Source: the human T2T-CHM13v2.0 reference genome, Homo sapiens
Assembly (NCBI RefSeq): GCF_009914755.1
Contig: NC_060929.1
Strand: one strand, 5' to 3'
Length of the DNA stretch: 64,000 nucleotides
Below are positions 1-21,236 of this stretch, one piece after another. The notes beneath the pieces are model-generated. The model worked only from the letters and a program-made list of their open reading frames with translations. It ran no database searches and was not told the origin of the DNA. The position numbers were made by a program, and so were the translations under genes. The stretch's first letter is position 1, and each line of letters begins with the position of its first letter.

Positions 1-906
1 CTACAGGGCAGTAACAATTTGAATGAGAGTAGATTCCTCATCAGAAACCATGGAGGACAGAAGGAAGTTGCACAATATTTTTCAAGTGCTGAAAGAAAAC
101 AACTGTCATCCCCAAATCCTATATCCAGTGGAACTATCCTTCAGGGAAAGAATTTGTTGCCAGTATACCTACCTTAAAATATTTGCTAATGCAAGTTCTC
201 CAAACAGAAAGGAAACAATTTAAAAAGCAATCTTGGAATATCAAGAAGGAAGAAACAACACAAGAAACAAAAATATGAGTAAATACAATAGACTTTTCTT
301 TTTCTCTTGAGGTTCCTAAATTATGTTTGGTGGTTGAATCCAAAATTATAACACTTTCTAAATGTGGTCCTAAGTGTATGTACAGGAAATATTTTAAACA
401 TATTATAAATGAAGGAGGGTAAAAGGACACACAGGGAGGTACATTTTCTATGCTTCATTTGAACTGGTAAAAATATCAGTTAGTGATATCAATCAGTAAA
501 CTGATAAGTTGCGTATATATAGTATAATACCTAGAGTAATCAGTAAAAAGCTATAAAAAGTGATACACTCAAAAAAACAACCCACTACAGCTAAATCAAA
601 ACAGAATTCTAAAAAAATGTTCCAATAACCCACAGGAAGTTAGAAAAATGAAAACAGAGAGACAAACAAAAAAACAGAGAAAACAAACAGGAAACAAAAA
701 ATGGCAGAGTTAATCTCTACTAATCAATAATTATGTTAATGTAAATGGTTTGAGCACATCAATTAAAACAAACATTGGGAGAATGGGTTTAAAAAATCAT
801 GACCCAACTATATGTCTCAAAATTAATTTCAAATATAATGATATATGCAGTTTGAAAGTAAAAAGACAAAAATGCATACAATTATTAATGTAAAAATAAA
901 GCAGGA

Positions 907-1245
<339 letters not shown>

Positions 1246-1575
1246 AATAAAGCAGGAGTAGCCATAATGTCATATAAAGTAGACATGAGAGCAAAGAAAA
1301 GCATCAGAGACAGCATGGGACATATCAGAGACATAGTGGGATATTATATAGTGATAAAAGAAGAAAACATAGCAATCCCAAATGTATATATACAAAACTG
1401 CAAAATGTATGAAGCAAAAACTGACAGAAGGAGAAATAGAGAAATCCACAATTAATTACAATTGGAGACTTCAATGACCTTCAACAACTGATAGACCAAC
1501 AAGACAGAAAATCAGCAGAGATATAGAAGAACTCAATAACACCATCAACTAACAGCATCTGATTAATATTTATAA

Positions 1576-1700
1576 AACACTCCAATACCAGAATACACCA
1601 GAACACTCCAATACCAGAATACACCAGAATAAAAAATACTAGAATACACCAGAATAAAAAATACTAGAATACACCAGAATAAACAATACCAGAATACACA
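1576..1700 (+). repeat. Minisatellite, ~25-26 bp unit x ~5, derived from L1 sequence
   Basis: aacactccaataccagaatacaccag x2, then aataaaaaatactagaatacaccag x2, then aataaacaataccagaatacaca. Confidence 0.9.
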
Positions 1701-2590
1701 TTATTTTCAAATGCTCACAGAACCTGTATAAGATAACCACAACCTCAGCCGTAAAACTGACCTCAACCAAATTAATAGTGAAATCGTACAGAGTGGGTTC
1801 TCTACGCACAATGAAATTAAACTAAAAATGAATAATGGAAAGATAAGAGGAAAACCTTCAAGTGCACGGATATGTAGCAACATACTTCTAAATAATCTAT
1901 GAATCAAAAAGAATATCTCAAGGGAAATTTAAAAATACATTGACCTGAATTGAAAGTGAAAATACAACACATCAAATTTTGTGAGACATAGCTAACACAG
2001 TGCAGAGAGGAAAATTTTATAGCACTAAATATGTACATTAGAAAAGAGGAAAATTCTCAAACTGGTCACCCACCAGTTTATCAGTTTCAAGCTTCTACCT
2101 CGAGAATCTAGAAAAAGATGAGGAAAATAAACCCAAAGCATTCAGAAATAAGGAAATAACAAAGATAATAGAAGAAATCAAGAAAATTCAAAGCAAATAG
2201 AGAAAGCAATAAAGAAACAAAGAACTGGTTCTTTGAAAAACATTTTAAAAAATGACAAACCTCTAGCAATACTGACAAAAAGTCTTACCCAATCATTTCA
2301 GATTTCAAATGTGATTTAGTATCAAATCCTTTATATTTTCAACTTCCTTGCAACATATCTCCTGTTAATTGAGTTTCTTTAAGTGATTGCTTATATATCA
2401 TCTCTAACTTTTCCCTGTATTACTATGTTTTTCTTTCTATATAACTAAAGAAGAGTTTTAAGAGATTCAATTTGTCCTTGAAGGTCTTTTCCTTTCTCTT
2501 TTGATAAACTTGAATAATTTTTTAAAATTATAATGGGATTAACTGAAACATAAAATGGAAATCAGCTTGATCAGCTATGTAGTACAGGTA

Positions 2591-2927
2591 CAGGTTGGGC
2601 ATCCCTAATCCAAAAATCCAAAAATAGGAACTGCTCCAAAACCCAAAACTTTTTGAGCCAACCTGATGCCACAAGTAGAAAATTCCACACATAAGTACGT
2701 AATGCAAACTTTGTTTCATGCACAAAATTGTTTAAAAATATTAAGCAAAATTACCTTCAGCCTATTTGTATAAGATGTATATGAAACTTAAATGAATTTC
2801 ATGTTTAGACTTGGTTTTCATTACCAAGATATCCCGGTATGTACATGCAAATATTCTAATATCTAAAAAATCTGAAATCTGAAACACTTCTGGTCTCAAG
2901 CATTTTGGACAAGGGCTGTTCAACCTG
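2591..2927 (+). mobile_element. Tigger4b/MER46-like non-autonomous TcMar DNA transposon
   Basis: Terminal inverted repeats caggttgggcatccct ... aagggctgttcaacctg, TA on left flank, internal sequence typical of MER46/Zombi. Confidence 0.75.
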
Positions 2928-3164
2928 TCATTACAGGCTAACTAAATAAAATTAATTTTAACATACTTTACAATGTTCAGTCAGTTGAAATACTATTTCA
3001 GCTTGCTGGTAACAGTCCAGCTAAATTAATCTATCACTTCACTTTAGCATACATGAGCATAAAGAATATGGGGCATGGTGCTTTTTCACATTGTCTACTT
3101 TTCCATCATGTGTCCAGATGAGACCAAGGTTTTGCTCCCCAGTTAACAAAACTGAGCTTCAAAA

Positions 3165-3462
3165 TATGATTAAGATGATTTCCAGTGAATGATGAAAATG
3201 TTCCGTATCTTGAAAAAAGTGTGAGTTACACACATGAATCCATTTGTTAAAATGGTACAGTTAAGATTGGTGCATTTCAATTTCTGTAAACATTGCCTTA
3301 AGAAAAGAACTATACAAAAGTAATCATTAAGCGGGAAGCAGAGAATGGAGAGAAAGGTATAGACAAAACAAGACAACAGAATGTTGTGAAACTGATTGTG
3401 TACAGAGGCTTATTCTGTTTACTTTGTATATGTTAGAATTTTTCCATAATAAAAATTTTAAG
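3165..3462 (+). mobile_element. Old L1 (L1MC/ME-like) 3'-end fragments
   Basis: gatgaaaatgttccgtatcttg...tgcatttcaatttctgtaaa and tttccataataaaaatttt resemble L1M 3' ends. Confidence 0.5.
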
Positions 3463-3782
3463 TTAATGAGTCCTTGTGAGAACATGTTTACGAATGCAAA
3501 CTTAATTCAACTCTACTCTAGTCAATCAAATCAAAGCAAAAGAGGGCAACACAGAGAAACATTCTCCTGAAACAATCTAACGTAATCCATTTTCTATAAA
3601 AAGGCAGTTTCTTGATAGACCCAACTGATATCTTTTTGGGGTACTTTGAGCTATTATCCTCTTTCTATATAACTACCAATGTTATCAAAGACATTTCAAG
3701 GATCTAAATGGAGTTTGACAAATACTGTACTGCTGATAAATTTGCTCTGACGTAAAAAAATAATTCAACAACCTATATTCGA

Positions 3783-3840
3783 GGATGCCTGGTGGTGCTT
3801 CAGAGAAACAGAGTGAATAAAAGACTTTGTGGATGCCGTT
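3783..3840 (+). promoter_or_regulatory. Decayed orphan CSE/promoter-like relic with no gene behind it
   Basis: ggatgcctggtggtgcttcag ... gagtgaataaaag ... actttgtggatgccgtt aligns with the PCDHB6 promoter (gaacgcgtggtggcggtacaa ... gagtgaatgaaag ... actcggtggactccgtt) with identical CSE-to-gagtgaat spacing. Confidence 0.5.
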
Positions 3841-5309
3841 AAGCTGGAATCAGAACTCAGAATGCTCACCGAAAGAAGGAAGCATTTAAGATTGAGCAGG
3901 AAATAATGGCCTTGTTTCAGCAAAGAGATGACACCAGTCCAATATGTTTATTATTGTTGGTTTATTTCATAATTTCATTTTGTTACATTCTCAAGGAACA
4001 GTGTGTTCCCAGTAGCATCTATCAAGTGAACCCTGGAGGCTGGTCACATTCATAATCTTTTGTTTTTCTGGCTACATAGAGGTGATTTTGAACTACAAGA
4101 TCATCTCAGCTATTCAGAGTTTAGATTTTATTTAGCCTTATTTGTTTTGCCTAGCATTTATGTATTTGAAAATATCTTGATTTTTAATCTTCTATCACCT
4201 TGGCCCTTACCTGAAGTGAACTTTGTTTGAACTCAATTGATTTCACCTCTCAATAAATATGAAATTAATCTGAAATGAATTGAATTGTTTGGCATATTTT
4301 ACCTCTTCTATGTGCACTAATCTATTTCACACATTTTCAGTTTGTTTAGAGATACATGTTCCAATGTATCTGAGTAGAAACTAGTGAGATGGGAATGGAT
4401 ATAGCCATAATATTCCATCATTGAATTCCATGGCATTCACTCAAATGTAACTCACCTGTTTTAACAGTACCTTAATTTGGCCTGTATTTATTGGACTTGG
4501 TGTTCTTTTTGCTGTGAGAAGACGGTGAAGGTGATTCTTGAATGTTTGTTTTCTGTGTTGCATCATGTTTGTACAACACGGTAATATATTTGGACCTTGA
4601 TTAAATAATGTAAGAGGGGAATTTGATCAAAAAATAAAATGCACAAGACTGTTAAAACAATGTCTAATTCTATCCATGCAAAAATGGAGTAGAATCCTAA
4701 AATGCTTATGACAACTACTTGATTGCTTCTAGTCCCTCTTTTAAATACTTTAATTTACTTAGATACATGTATCATACGTACTTCTTGGCCTCAGTTTTCC
4801 TCCTAATAGCCTAATTGTTCTTTTTACTGTGCAGGCATAACTATATAACAAAGTAGGTTTTTTTTTTCATGCCATTTATGAGTCATATAATTTAGATAAT
4901 TTATTGTTTATTTTACCATTATTGTTGCTAACAAACTTCGTTGTTTTGCATTGTTTGTTGGGACAATTAAATAGTGTACCTCTTGGACTAATAGATTAAA
5001 TAGTTCATCAGAGATAAATTGCACTGCTGAAGCATCAAAGGAGAAAGACTGAAGTGTAGAATCTGCACTTCAATCTTTCTCCTTAATTAGCACCACCAGG
5101 GAATTTGATTCAAGTTCTAGAGGGGAGTGAACCCAGGAATTGGCTTAAAAACAAAAACATACACACAAAAAAACCAACGCTCGCAAGCAATTATTTATGC
5201 ATGCGGTCCACGCACTCAGTTTGAGAAACACTGACTCGACTTAAAAGTCTTTATAATGCTCAGATTTCTGAAATGCTATTGACCTGAAAACATCTCATGA
5301 AGTTATTAG

Positions 5310-7961
<2,652 letters not shown>

Positions 7962-9160
7962 GTGTGGGATTATTTTACTAAATCTTACTTATGTTTGGAG
8001 ATCTCTTTTAACTTAAAGTTACATGGTCTGTTTCTTGTTTATTTTACCTCTATTCTTTAGGTTGAAATTTTATATAAAGTAAGATACTGGTATCTTAGTA
8101 TTTCCTGTTCATGCTTAGTAGTTTATTACTTCACTTGAGGGTACTTGACAATATGAACAAAAAGTAAATTTTTATTTGCATAATTTTAAGCTTTTGAAAT
8201 TAAATTATCTATTCTTCCCCCCCCCCAAAAAAAGTATTGTAAATCCTTAAGTAAAATTGTATTTCTAGCTATTGGTAAGAGTTGTTTCACTATTGCTATG
8301 TAGGACTGTTTAAAATGTGAGTATCTGATATTATTTAATCCTCCAATGTCTCATTTTGCAGTAACTCCTACAGTGTGTAACACTAAAAATAAGAACTAAT
8401 GATGGCTAAACACTAAAGTAGCCATTCATACTTATGCATATTTTAGTATCCCATAATAGTCAATCCAAAATTTTTGTGACTATAGACTTTACTGAAGTGT
8501 CAACACATTAGTTTGTGAGCCTCATGTAAGAACATGATGGTCTTTTTTTAAAAAAAAAGTCGTGCCAATTATAAGTGCTTAATAAATATTTGCTGAATGT
8601 TACTAACATTCTAGTATTGATTTTTTAAAAAAACTATTGTATCTACAGCGAAATGCTAATATCCTCTCTACAATAAAATATCCTTACCAATGAGTGAAAG
8701 TATGAAATATCACTTCTTAGTCAAATCACTGTTGCTTTCCTTCAAAACAGAAAACAGCTTTGACTCTTCTACTCACCCTACACACCGCTACAGAAAATAA
8801 AATGCTTAACAGCATATTTTATCTTTTTTTCTTTGTCTCACAATTTGAAAGTTGAAAGATTTCAAATTATATTTGCCAAACTCCTCCTCTCACTTTCTCA
8901 AGATGTTTGATATCTACCAAGATCTAAGTAAGGTATTAGTGGCAGGTTATTCGGTAACATCAGATTTTCCCTTCTAGTGTTGTGTAAGCATCATTTGCTT
9001 GTATTAACCATTACACCATTTACCTTCACAGTTTAGCCCATATCTAGTCTTATTTGTGTCAGCTGTATTTGTGATATTTCATTTAAAAATCCCTCTTTCA
9101 ACTTTCTATCAAAGGCAAGCAATGTATATTAAAATAACAATTCAGTGACTATTTTATTTT

Positions 9161-9445
<285 letters not shown>

Positions 9446-9873
9446 TGACTATTTTATTTTTATCCTTAATTGAAGTGGAACTGGGCTGAACTAAATTACA
9501 TTTGACTGTGTTTTGTGTCCAGATAAGTGAACTGACTGTCATGGATGATTACCAACTGATTAAATGAGTGTGGGGAACATTTACTATTTTGTGTTCTCAG
9601 ATATATACCCTATTCTCCTTAGAACAGCATTCTTCCTTGGTGAGATTCCTTCTTCCATTGTTCTCACTCCAGTCACTTGGCTTTAGTTGGAGCAGTAGTG
9701 TTTTTCAATATCCCCATCCCCCTAATCCTAGAGAATGTACACTGGGGTAGTATACTGTCCAATGCAGACAGGTCAATACCCTTCCCCAGACAGTGTATTT
9801 TTGACTTTGTCAACTTTGTTGTCTTCTTTACATCTGTAGAAAAGACATTGCCTAGATTCTGAGCTTATATTGA

Positions 9874-10209
<336 letters not shown>

Positions 10210-10268
10210 TAAATTTCACTGGGCATTGCACATAATAAATTTATGAAGGAAAAAAAGTCCTAAATGGT

Positions 10269-10570
10269 GGCCAGGTATGGTAGCTCAAGCCTGTAATCCC
10301 AGCACTTTGGGAGGCCGAGGCAGGCAGATCACTTGAGGCCAGGAGTTCAAGACCATCCTGGCCAATATGGTGAAATGTCATGTCTACTAAAACTACAAAA
10401 ATTAGCCTGGTGTGGTAGCACGCACCTGTAGTCCTAGCTTCTCAGGAGGCTGAGTCAGGAGAATCGCTTGAACCTGGGAGGTAGAGGTTGCAGTGGGCCA
10501 AGATTGAGGCCACTGCACTCCAGCCTGGGCAACAGAGTGAGACCACGTCTCAAAAAAAAAAAAAACAAAA
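10269..10570 (+). mobile_element. AluS element
   Basis: ggccaggtatggtagctcaagcctgtaatcccagc ... poly-A tail. Confidence 0.92.
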
Positions 10571-11065
10571 AATTCCCAATGGTTATGTAGACCAGAGACT
10601 AACAAGAAACAATATTTTTATTTTCTTTCGGGAGTTACAGGCACATTACAATATGAGAATGAAACTAGATTTTGAAAGTTCATGATTTCTTCCAGTACAA
10701 TAGAACAAATTAGCATTTTTGTAATAGAATGTAAATTCCCCAAGAGCAAGAATTTTTATGTTTCATTTACTGTATTATCCCAGGAAGCTACATGAATGTC
10801 CCTACAGGTAAATACTTGTTAATAAATGAATTTGCCTGGAGCAGAGTTTTGTGTACTGAACCTGCACCTTTATAAGGAAGATGAATATAGATACAGACAT
10901 TACTTTTGCTGTAACAACCATTCTTAGCTACCTGAACAAGGCCTCATAATAGCCGGGGGAAAAGGGAGTATATAACAGGCTATGACCTAAAAGGCCTGCT
11001 ATATGTTTTAGCTATTACAGTATACAGTGTGCTTTGAAATGAAAATTATCTGAAGTTGTAAAGCA

Positions 11066-11087
11066 GAACGCTTGGTGGCGCTGCAGG
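11066..11087 (+). promoter_or_regulatory. PCDHB17P promoter CSE / CTCF site (intact)
   Basis: gaacgcttGGTGGCGCTGCAGG, 242 bp upstream of the ATG. Confidence 0.88.
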
Positions 11088-11312
11088 CTGAGTGAAAAAC
11101 TGCAGAATCAGTGTCTCCTTAAAAGCTGTGCGGGTTTTCTGGCAGCTCCAAAAGGAAACACTTTTTCACTACTGGGGATAGGTTTCAGAGAGGCAGCCAT
11201 CCCATGTCGGTCAATGTTAAAAAGAACTAACTCAAGATATTTAAATCAAGATAGCTGAGTTGGCTGTAAAGCAATTATTTTGTGATTAAATACTGCATCT
11301 TTTGGACCCTGA

Positions 11313-13708
<2,396 letters not shown>

Positions 13709-14402
13709 GAATCTGACAACAGGTCGTGATAAATCATAGAATTCACTATTCATCTGTAAGTTCCCAATTCTCTCATTCGCGTAGAGTCACATATTCACAC
13801 ATTAGTAATGGCTGTCATATTTATAGCTATTTCAACCTGCTGGACTATTTTCCATTCCCTTTAATTTTTGTTGTGGTGGTTGTCAGCTATGTTAGTTACA
13901 GCATGTGCACACAATAGCAGAGAAATGGTGTTTCCTATGGTTGTTGTTTTTGTTTGGTCAGATTTTGGAACTCACAGGTGTTTTCAGGTTCCCAGTATTT
14001 GAACTTGTTCATTGATATGTTATGATTAAGAGAATAGTGTTTCAAACTTTCTGGTTATCATCAGCATGACTCTAAGTCTATCGTAAATCACAGCTTTTAG
14101 CCTAAAAAATAATTTTCATTTATGCAAAAATTTTAGTAATCTTGTAAATTGTTGCACTTCTGTTGTGTTGTTTCAAAAACACTACTCTTCCCTCAAATGA
14201 ACCAATATTTTACCTAGGTGATGTTTTCTCTCCTGAATTTCTTTTTTCAAAATTGATATTTATAGACCATCGGCTGTTATTCTAAAGGATTCAACTCCTG
14301 TTACATGAAAGAATAATAGAAAAAAGGTTGGTTGACTTGTGATTGCTTTTTTTTTTAATAATAAATGGCTTTGGTATGTAAATAATGATTCTCCTTCTTT
14401 TA

Positions 14403-14804
<402 letters not shown>

Positions 14805-15110
14805 TCAACATCATTCTAAAATATTTCAATGAATGTATATAAGAATAAAGTAATAGATGAAAATAATTTTATAAAATGGATCTATAATAAATTGATAGCT
14901 TCTGATAAAAATGATTAGATTGAATACAATAAAACGAAGTGTGAAACTATAGAACTTGCTTAAGCTTTGATAAGTAGTCCCTATAAAGGTTAAAAAGCAA
15001 GATTAGATGCATATTAAGACATTAGCATTACTTAACTGCCTGCTTAAAAATGAGCAAATAAACATTTTATACCCGTTCTTTCTTAAACTTACTTATCCTT
15101 TTTGTATTAA

Positions 15111-15497
<387 letters not shown>

Positions 15498-16357
15498 TAA
15501 ATTTTAATTTAAAAGTTTTTTCCAATTTTATTCAAGTCTGACTGCCCAGGGTAACCACTTTTGATGCTCTTATGTGTTTTCCCATATTTACTTCCCTATT
15601 TTTAAAAATCACATATGCTTATAAAGTGCTTTTTCTCAAATCCCAGTTTTAGATATCCAGTTTTTAAGGGGTACACACACAGACGCACACACAACTCGGA
15701 CATTTCCTCTACCTAGCAATATCAAAATTCTGTTTAGATAATGTTTATATAATTGTCACCATAAAAATGTTACTTACACCTAAGCCTGAAGAGTAAAAAC
15801 AAAAAGCCTCTTTTTTTACCTTTAAGGTCATAATTGCCTTCTTTTTCAACTACTTTTCTATGTACATCTTTTAAAATTACCCACAAATTTTGTAAAGCCT
15901 GAAGCTCCTAACTTAGGTTAAACTCATAAAGAAATTTATCGGTTCCATTCTTTTCTCCTGGAGCCATCCTGGAGCTATTCAGAGTCTTGTTCCATTGTAC
16001 ATTGTTTGCTCTCTAGACCTACTGCACAGCTGGCAGTTTGCTTTTCCCACTAACTTGGGAGTTTATCTTCCTCTTCCATTTGATTTCCTCTTCTGGATTT
16101 TACATCTTCCTCTTGTTTGGTTTTCTCCCTTAACTGTCAGAAGAATATTTGGTAATAAATCTTTTGATCATATGAATATAAAAATTTCAGATGTCAGAAA
16201 CGCAAATGTCTATTTGAAGATTTTGTTGGGTGTGGAATTATAGGTTAGGAATTATTTGCTGCTAGTATTTTGAAGACATTCCTCTGTTGTCTTCTAATCA
16301 CCAAAGTTGAGATATTACCCATTCTTTTCTGAGAAACTTTGTTTTCCTTCTAGATCC

Positions 16358-16483
16358 CTGATTCTCAACCAATGGCAATTTTGCCACCTTTGGTAAATGT
16401 CTGGCAATTATCAAACATTTGGCAATGTCTGGAAACATTTTTGATGGTCACAGCTGCCAACAGTGCTGAGGCTGAGAAACCTT
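16358..16483 (+). mobile_element. MER20-like hAT DNA transposon fragment (internally deleted)
   Basis: ttctcaacc...catttggcaatgtctggaaacatttttgatggtcaca...agtgctgaggctgagaaacct. Confidence 0.6.
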
Positions 16484-16899
16484 AATCCAGATAAATTGAG
16501 GTTCTTGTATGTACCTCCAGTGTTCTAGAATTTCGTCACTGTGTCATACTATAAGAATTTTGGTCATTTATTGCACTAGTTACTCAATGAGACTTGACAA
16601 TCTTGAGACATGTTCTTCAGACTAGAACAGGATTGTTAGGGTTTTTTTTAATTAAAAAATTATTTCCCCTACTAAATGGTTTTTGGTTTTTTATTCTGCA
16701 ATTTCTGTTAATTGTATACTGACCTGGTTTGATATTTAATTTTTCTTATTCTTGTTCTATCTTCTGTCTTTATTTTCCTGGATTCCAGTAAATTTCCTCT
16801 ATGGCTAAATTTTAAGCTTTTGCTATCATAGTTTTACTTTCAGAAAGCTTTTTCTTGGTCTCTGCATATTTCTTTCTATAGTAGCCTTGCAGTTTTAAA

Positions 16900-18281
<1,382 letters not shown>

Positions 18282-19982
18282 TAGTTGAGTGGTGGACCTC
18301 ACCTTAGGGTAATGAAACAGGAAACATTTGGAGACAAAAGGTCAATATCTGTAAGTCTTCTCTCTTGGGCTCACATTGTTCTTCAGAGAGAAATTCAGTA
18401 AGGATGGGTAGGATGGAAGTTATTATAAACTTGACACCTAGCACTTTGTAAGCTCCTTGGTTTGAGAGAAAGTGTCTTAATTTTTTTTAACCCACTTTCT
18501 CACTAAGATCTCAGTCCTGCCCTAAGTTGTGCTCATGTCCTTCAGTCCAGAGCCCTTCCTATTAAACCACTATGGATATTACACCTCCTATTTTCTGCCA
18601 TGATGAGAAAAGGGAAAGTGCCTTGCTTCGCTGAGTAGGAAAGGAATTCTCAGATATAAGTACTCCTTATATAGATCTTCAGCCAATGTTATTTTTAGCC
18701 TCTCCCTGGGTCCTCAGTCTGGATTATTACTATGGCTACATTTGATTTTCTTATTAATTTTCCTCCTTTTCATTTGAGAGCAACAAGAAAAAAGAAAAAA
18801 AAAGAAAACTGTCAGTTACCAATTGTCTGTGTGCTTTGCATCTTCCAAAATTTTTGTGACTTCTCTCCCCTGAGATTTATTCTTCTCCATTATTTTTGTC
18901 TTTATAGCTTTGTTTATTTTAAACCCTTGCCCTCTATCATTTACATAAAGTTTCAGGAAAAAATTGAGAAACACTAGTGTGCTCAAACTAGAGTAAAATA
19001 CAGTCCTTACTGTCAGTCATATTGTGCTAGTTTTCCTGTACCTGAATCATTTATGTTGTTTTATCTCGATTTGCTTGATTTCATCAGATGTCAGTCTTTA
19101 GATAAGAGTTCATAGGTGCTGTATTTTTTCACATGCTTGAGAAATACAATTTAGCTGGGTATAAAATTTTTCAATGGACTTTCTTTTCATCAAAGATTTG
19201 TTGACATTAAATATAACATTAGTTCTTCTATCATAGTTTCTACAGTCATCTATAAGTCACTTGATTTTTATCCTTAAGTAGTATTTTTTTCAAAAAGAAT
19301 TCATCAGTACTAGCACAAGGGTTAATGAATTCTTTCCTGTTTGCTGCATTGTTGTCTTTGTACTTGAGCAACAGCTTGGCTATGTGTAAAATAATTGAGC
19401 CATAATTTATTTCCCTCAGAATCTTGTAGACATTTCCATTCTGTTTTGGTATTAAATGTTGCTCAGGGAAATACTGAAGCCTGTTTGCTTCACCTGTAGG
19501 TAACTTGTTTTCTATCCTTGAAATTCATTATCTTTATCAGATTATGTCTTGATTATGGTAATTACACATTACTTTTCCCTGGAACTCAGCGTGCCTTTTC
19601 AATCTGTTCATGCAGATATTTTCAAGTATATCATTTATTTATTTATATATGGTAAGTATATTTTGTTTTAAAATCTGCCTTATAGTTCTAATATCTGAAG
19701 TTTGTGTGGGCCTATGCCTACTCTATTTTGTTTCTGCTCCTTCTCATTCATGATGTCTTTGTTTCTTTGTAGGATGTGCATGGTTGATTGCCCTTGAAAA
19801 TTTATTTGTAGGGTATCTACAAAGCCTAGGTTGCACATGTTCCAACTATCAAAATGGATTTTCATTTGTTTCAGCCAGGATATTGGAAACACTATCAATA
19901 GTGGACTATCACAAATTAATTAAATGGCTTGAGGTTCCTTGCATCTCAACCTATGTATATTCAAAATACAAATACACAAGAG

Positions 19983-20135
19983 GGCCACGTGCAGTGGTGT
20001 GGGCCTGTAGTCCCAGCTACTCAGGAGGTTGAGGTGGGAAGATCACTTGAGCTCAGGAGTTCTATACCCACCTAGGCAGTAGGGTAAGACCCCATCTCAA
20101 TACACACACACAAACACACACACACACACACACAC
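19983..20135 (+). mobile_element. FLAM / Alu monomer with (CA)n microsatellite tail (20102-20135)
   Basis: ggccacgtgcagtggtgtgggcctgtagtcccagctactcaggagg...gaccccatctc, then (ca)n. Confidence 0.8.
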
Positions 20136-20848
20136 AATATGTAGGTACAACTTCCCAGGCATGTTTTTTTTTTCTTTTTCTTCTTCTCTGCTTAAAATCA
20201 GGGAGACTTCTATATAATTCCCTGGAGTTAGAGGCTGAGGGCAGGTTTAGATTTGCTGGTGTTTACACTGTATTTACATTATGGATGTATCCCTGAGTGG
20301 TCCCTTAATATGAAGAGGATCTTTCTATAATATGCTGCAACTGTGGTTACACCTGAGCCTTGATTTATATTTCTTTAATCCCACAGCTTCAGATCAAAGC
20401 CTGAGTACAAATATTTTTAAATGCCCTGAGAGCATAAGAAGTTTTGTTGTTCTGATACTCTGTTTACCCCTCTCTTACAGGCTTCCATAAAAATTGGGCT
20501 TTTTCTGCCATTTTCTACTATGTTTTTGACTCTTCATTAGTTTTGAAGTTTTTCTTAAGTTTTGTCCATTATATTTTGTTTTCCTTAGGAGGGTCATATG
20601 AATTATTGATACTATCGTTTTCAGAAATGACAAGCTCTGTCTATTGTTTATTCAACCTGAAGATTCAGTTTTTCCACCATTTCAATTATATATTAATTAG
20701 GCTATTTTTCCTTTGAATCCATTGAATCCAATGTTTCATCAACTGAGTACGGAGTACTCAGACAAATCAATAATCTCCCCTCTCCACTAGACAGTACTCT
20801 CTTCACAAAGAGGGCTCTTTATCTTATGGGCTTAGACAAATATATACA

Positions 20849-21236
20849 CAGCCATTCATTGCTTAATAGCAGAAATACATTCTGAAAGCTGTGTCATTAG
20901 GCAATTTCATTATTGCTCCAACATCATAGAGTGTACTTACACAAATCCAGATAACGTAGCCTACTATACACACCTGGGATACCCAGTATAGCCTATTGTT
21001 CCTAGGCTGCAAACCTGTATATCATGTTACTCTACTGACTACTGTAGACAATTATAACACAATGGTTAGTGTTTGTGTATCTAAACATAGAACAGATAAT
21101 GCATTGCACTATGACATTACTATAGGTATGGCATCACTAGGCAATAAAAATTTTTCAGCTCCATTATGATCTTACAGGACCACCATTGTATATGCCATCC
21201 ATGGTTGACCAAATGTCGTTATGCAGCACGTGGCTG
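20849..21236 (-). mobile_element. Tigger3/MER7 (Golem)-like non-autonomous DNA transposon
   Basis: Reverse complement begins cagccacgtgctgcataacgacatttggtcaac...ggtggtcctgtaagatcataatggagctgaaaaatt; TA at right flank. Confidence 0.75.

Noticed and set aside
1576-1700. CRISPR-like repeat array
   Set aside because: Head-to-tail units with no unique spacers, eukaryotic L1 context, no cas genes.
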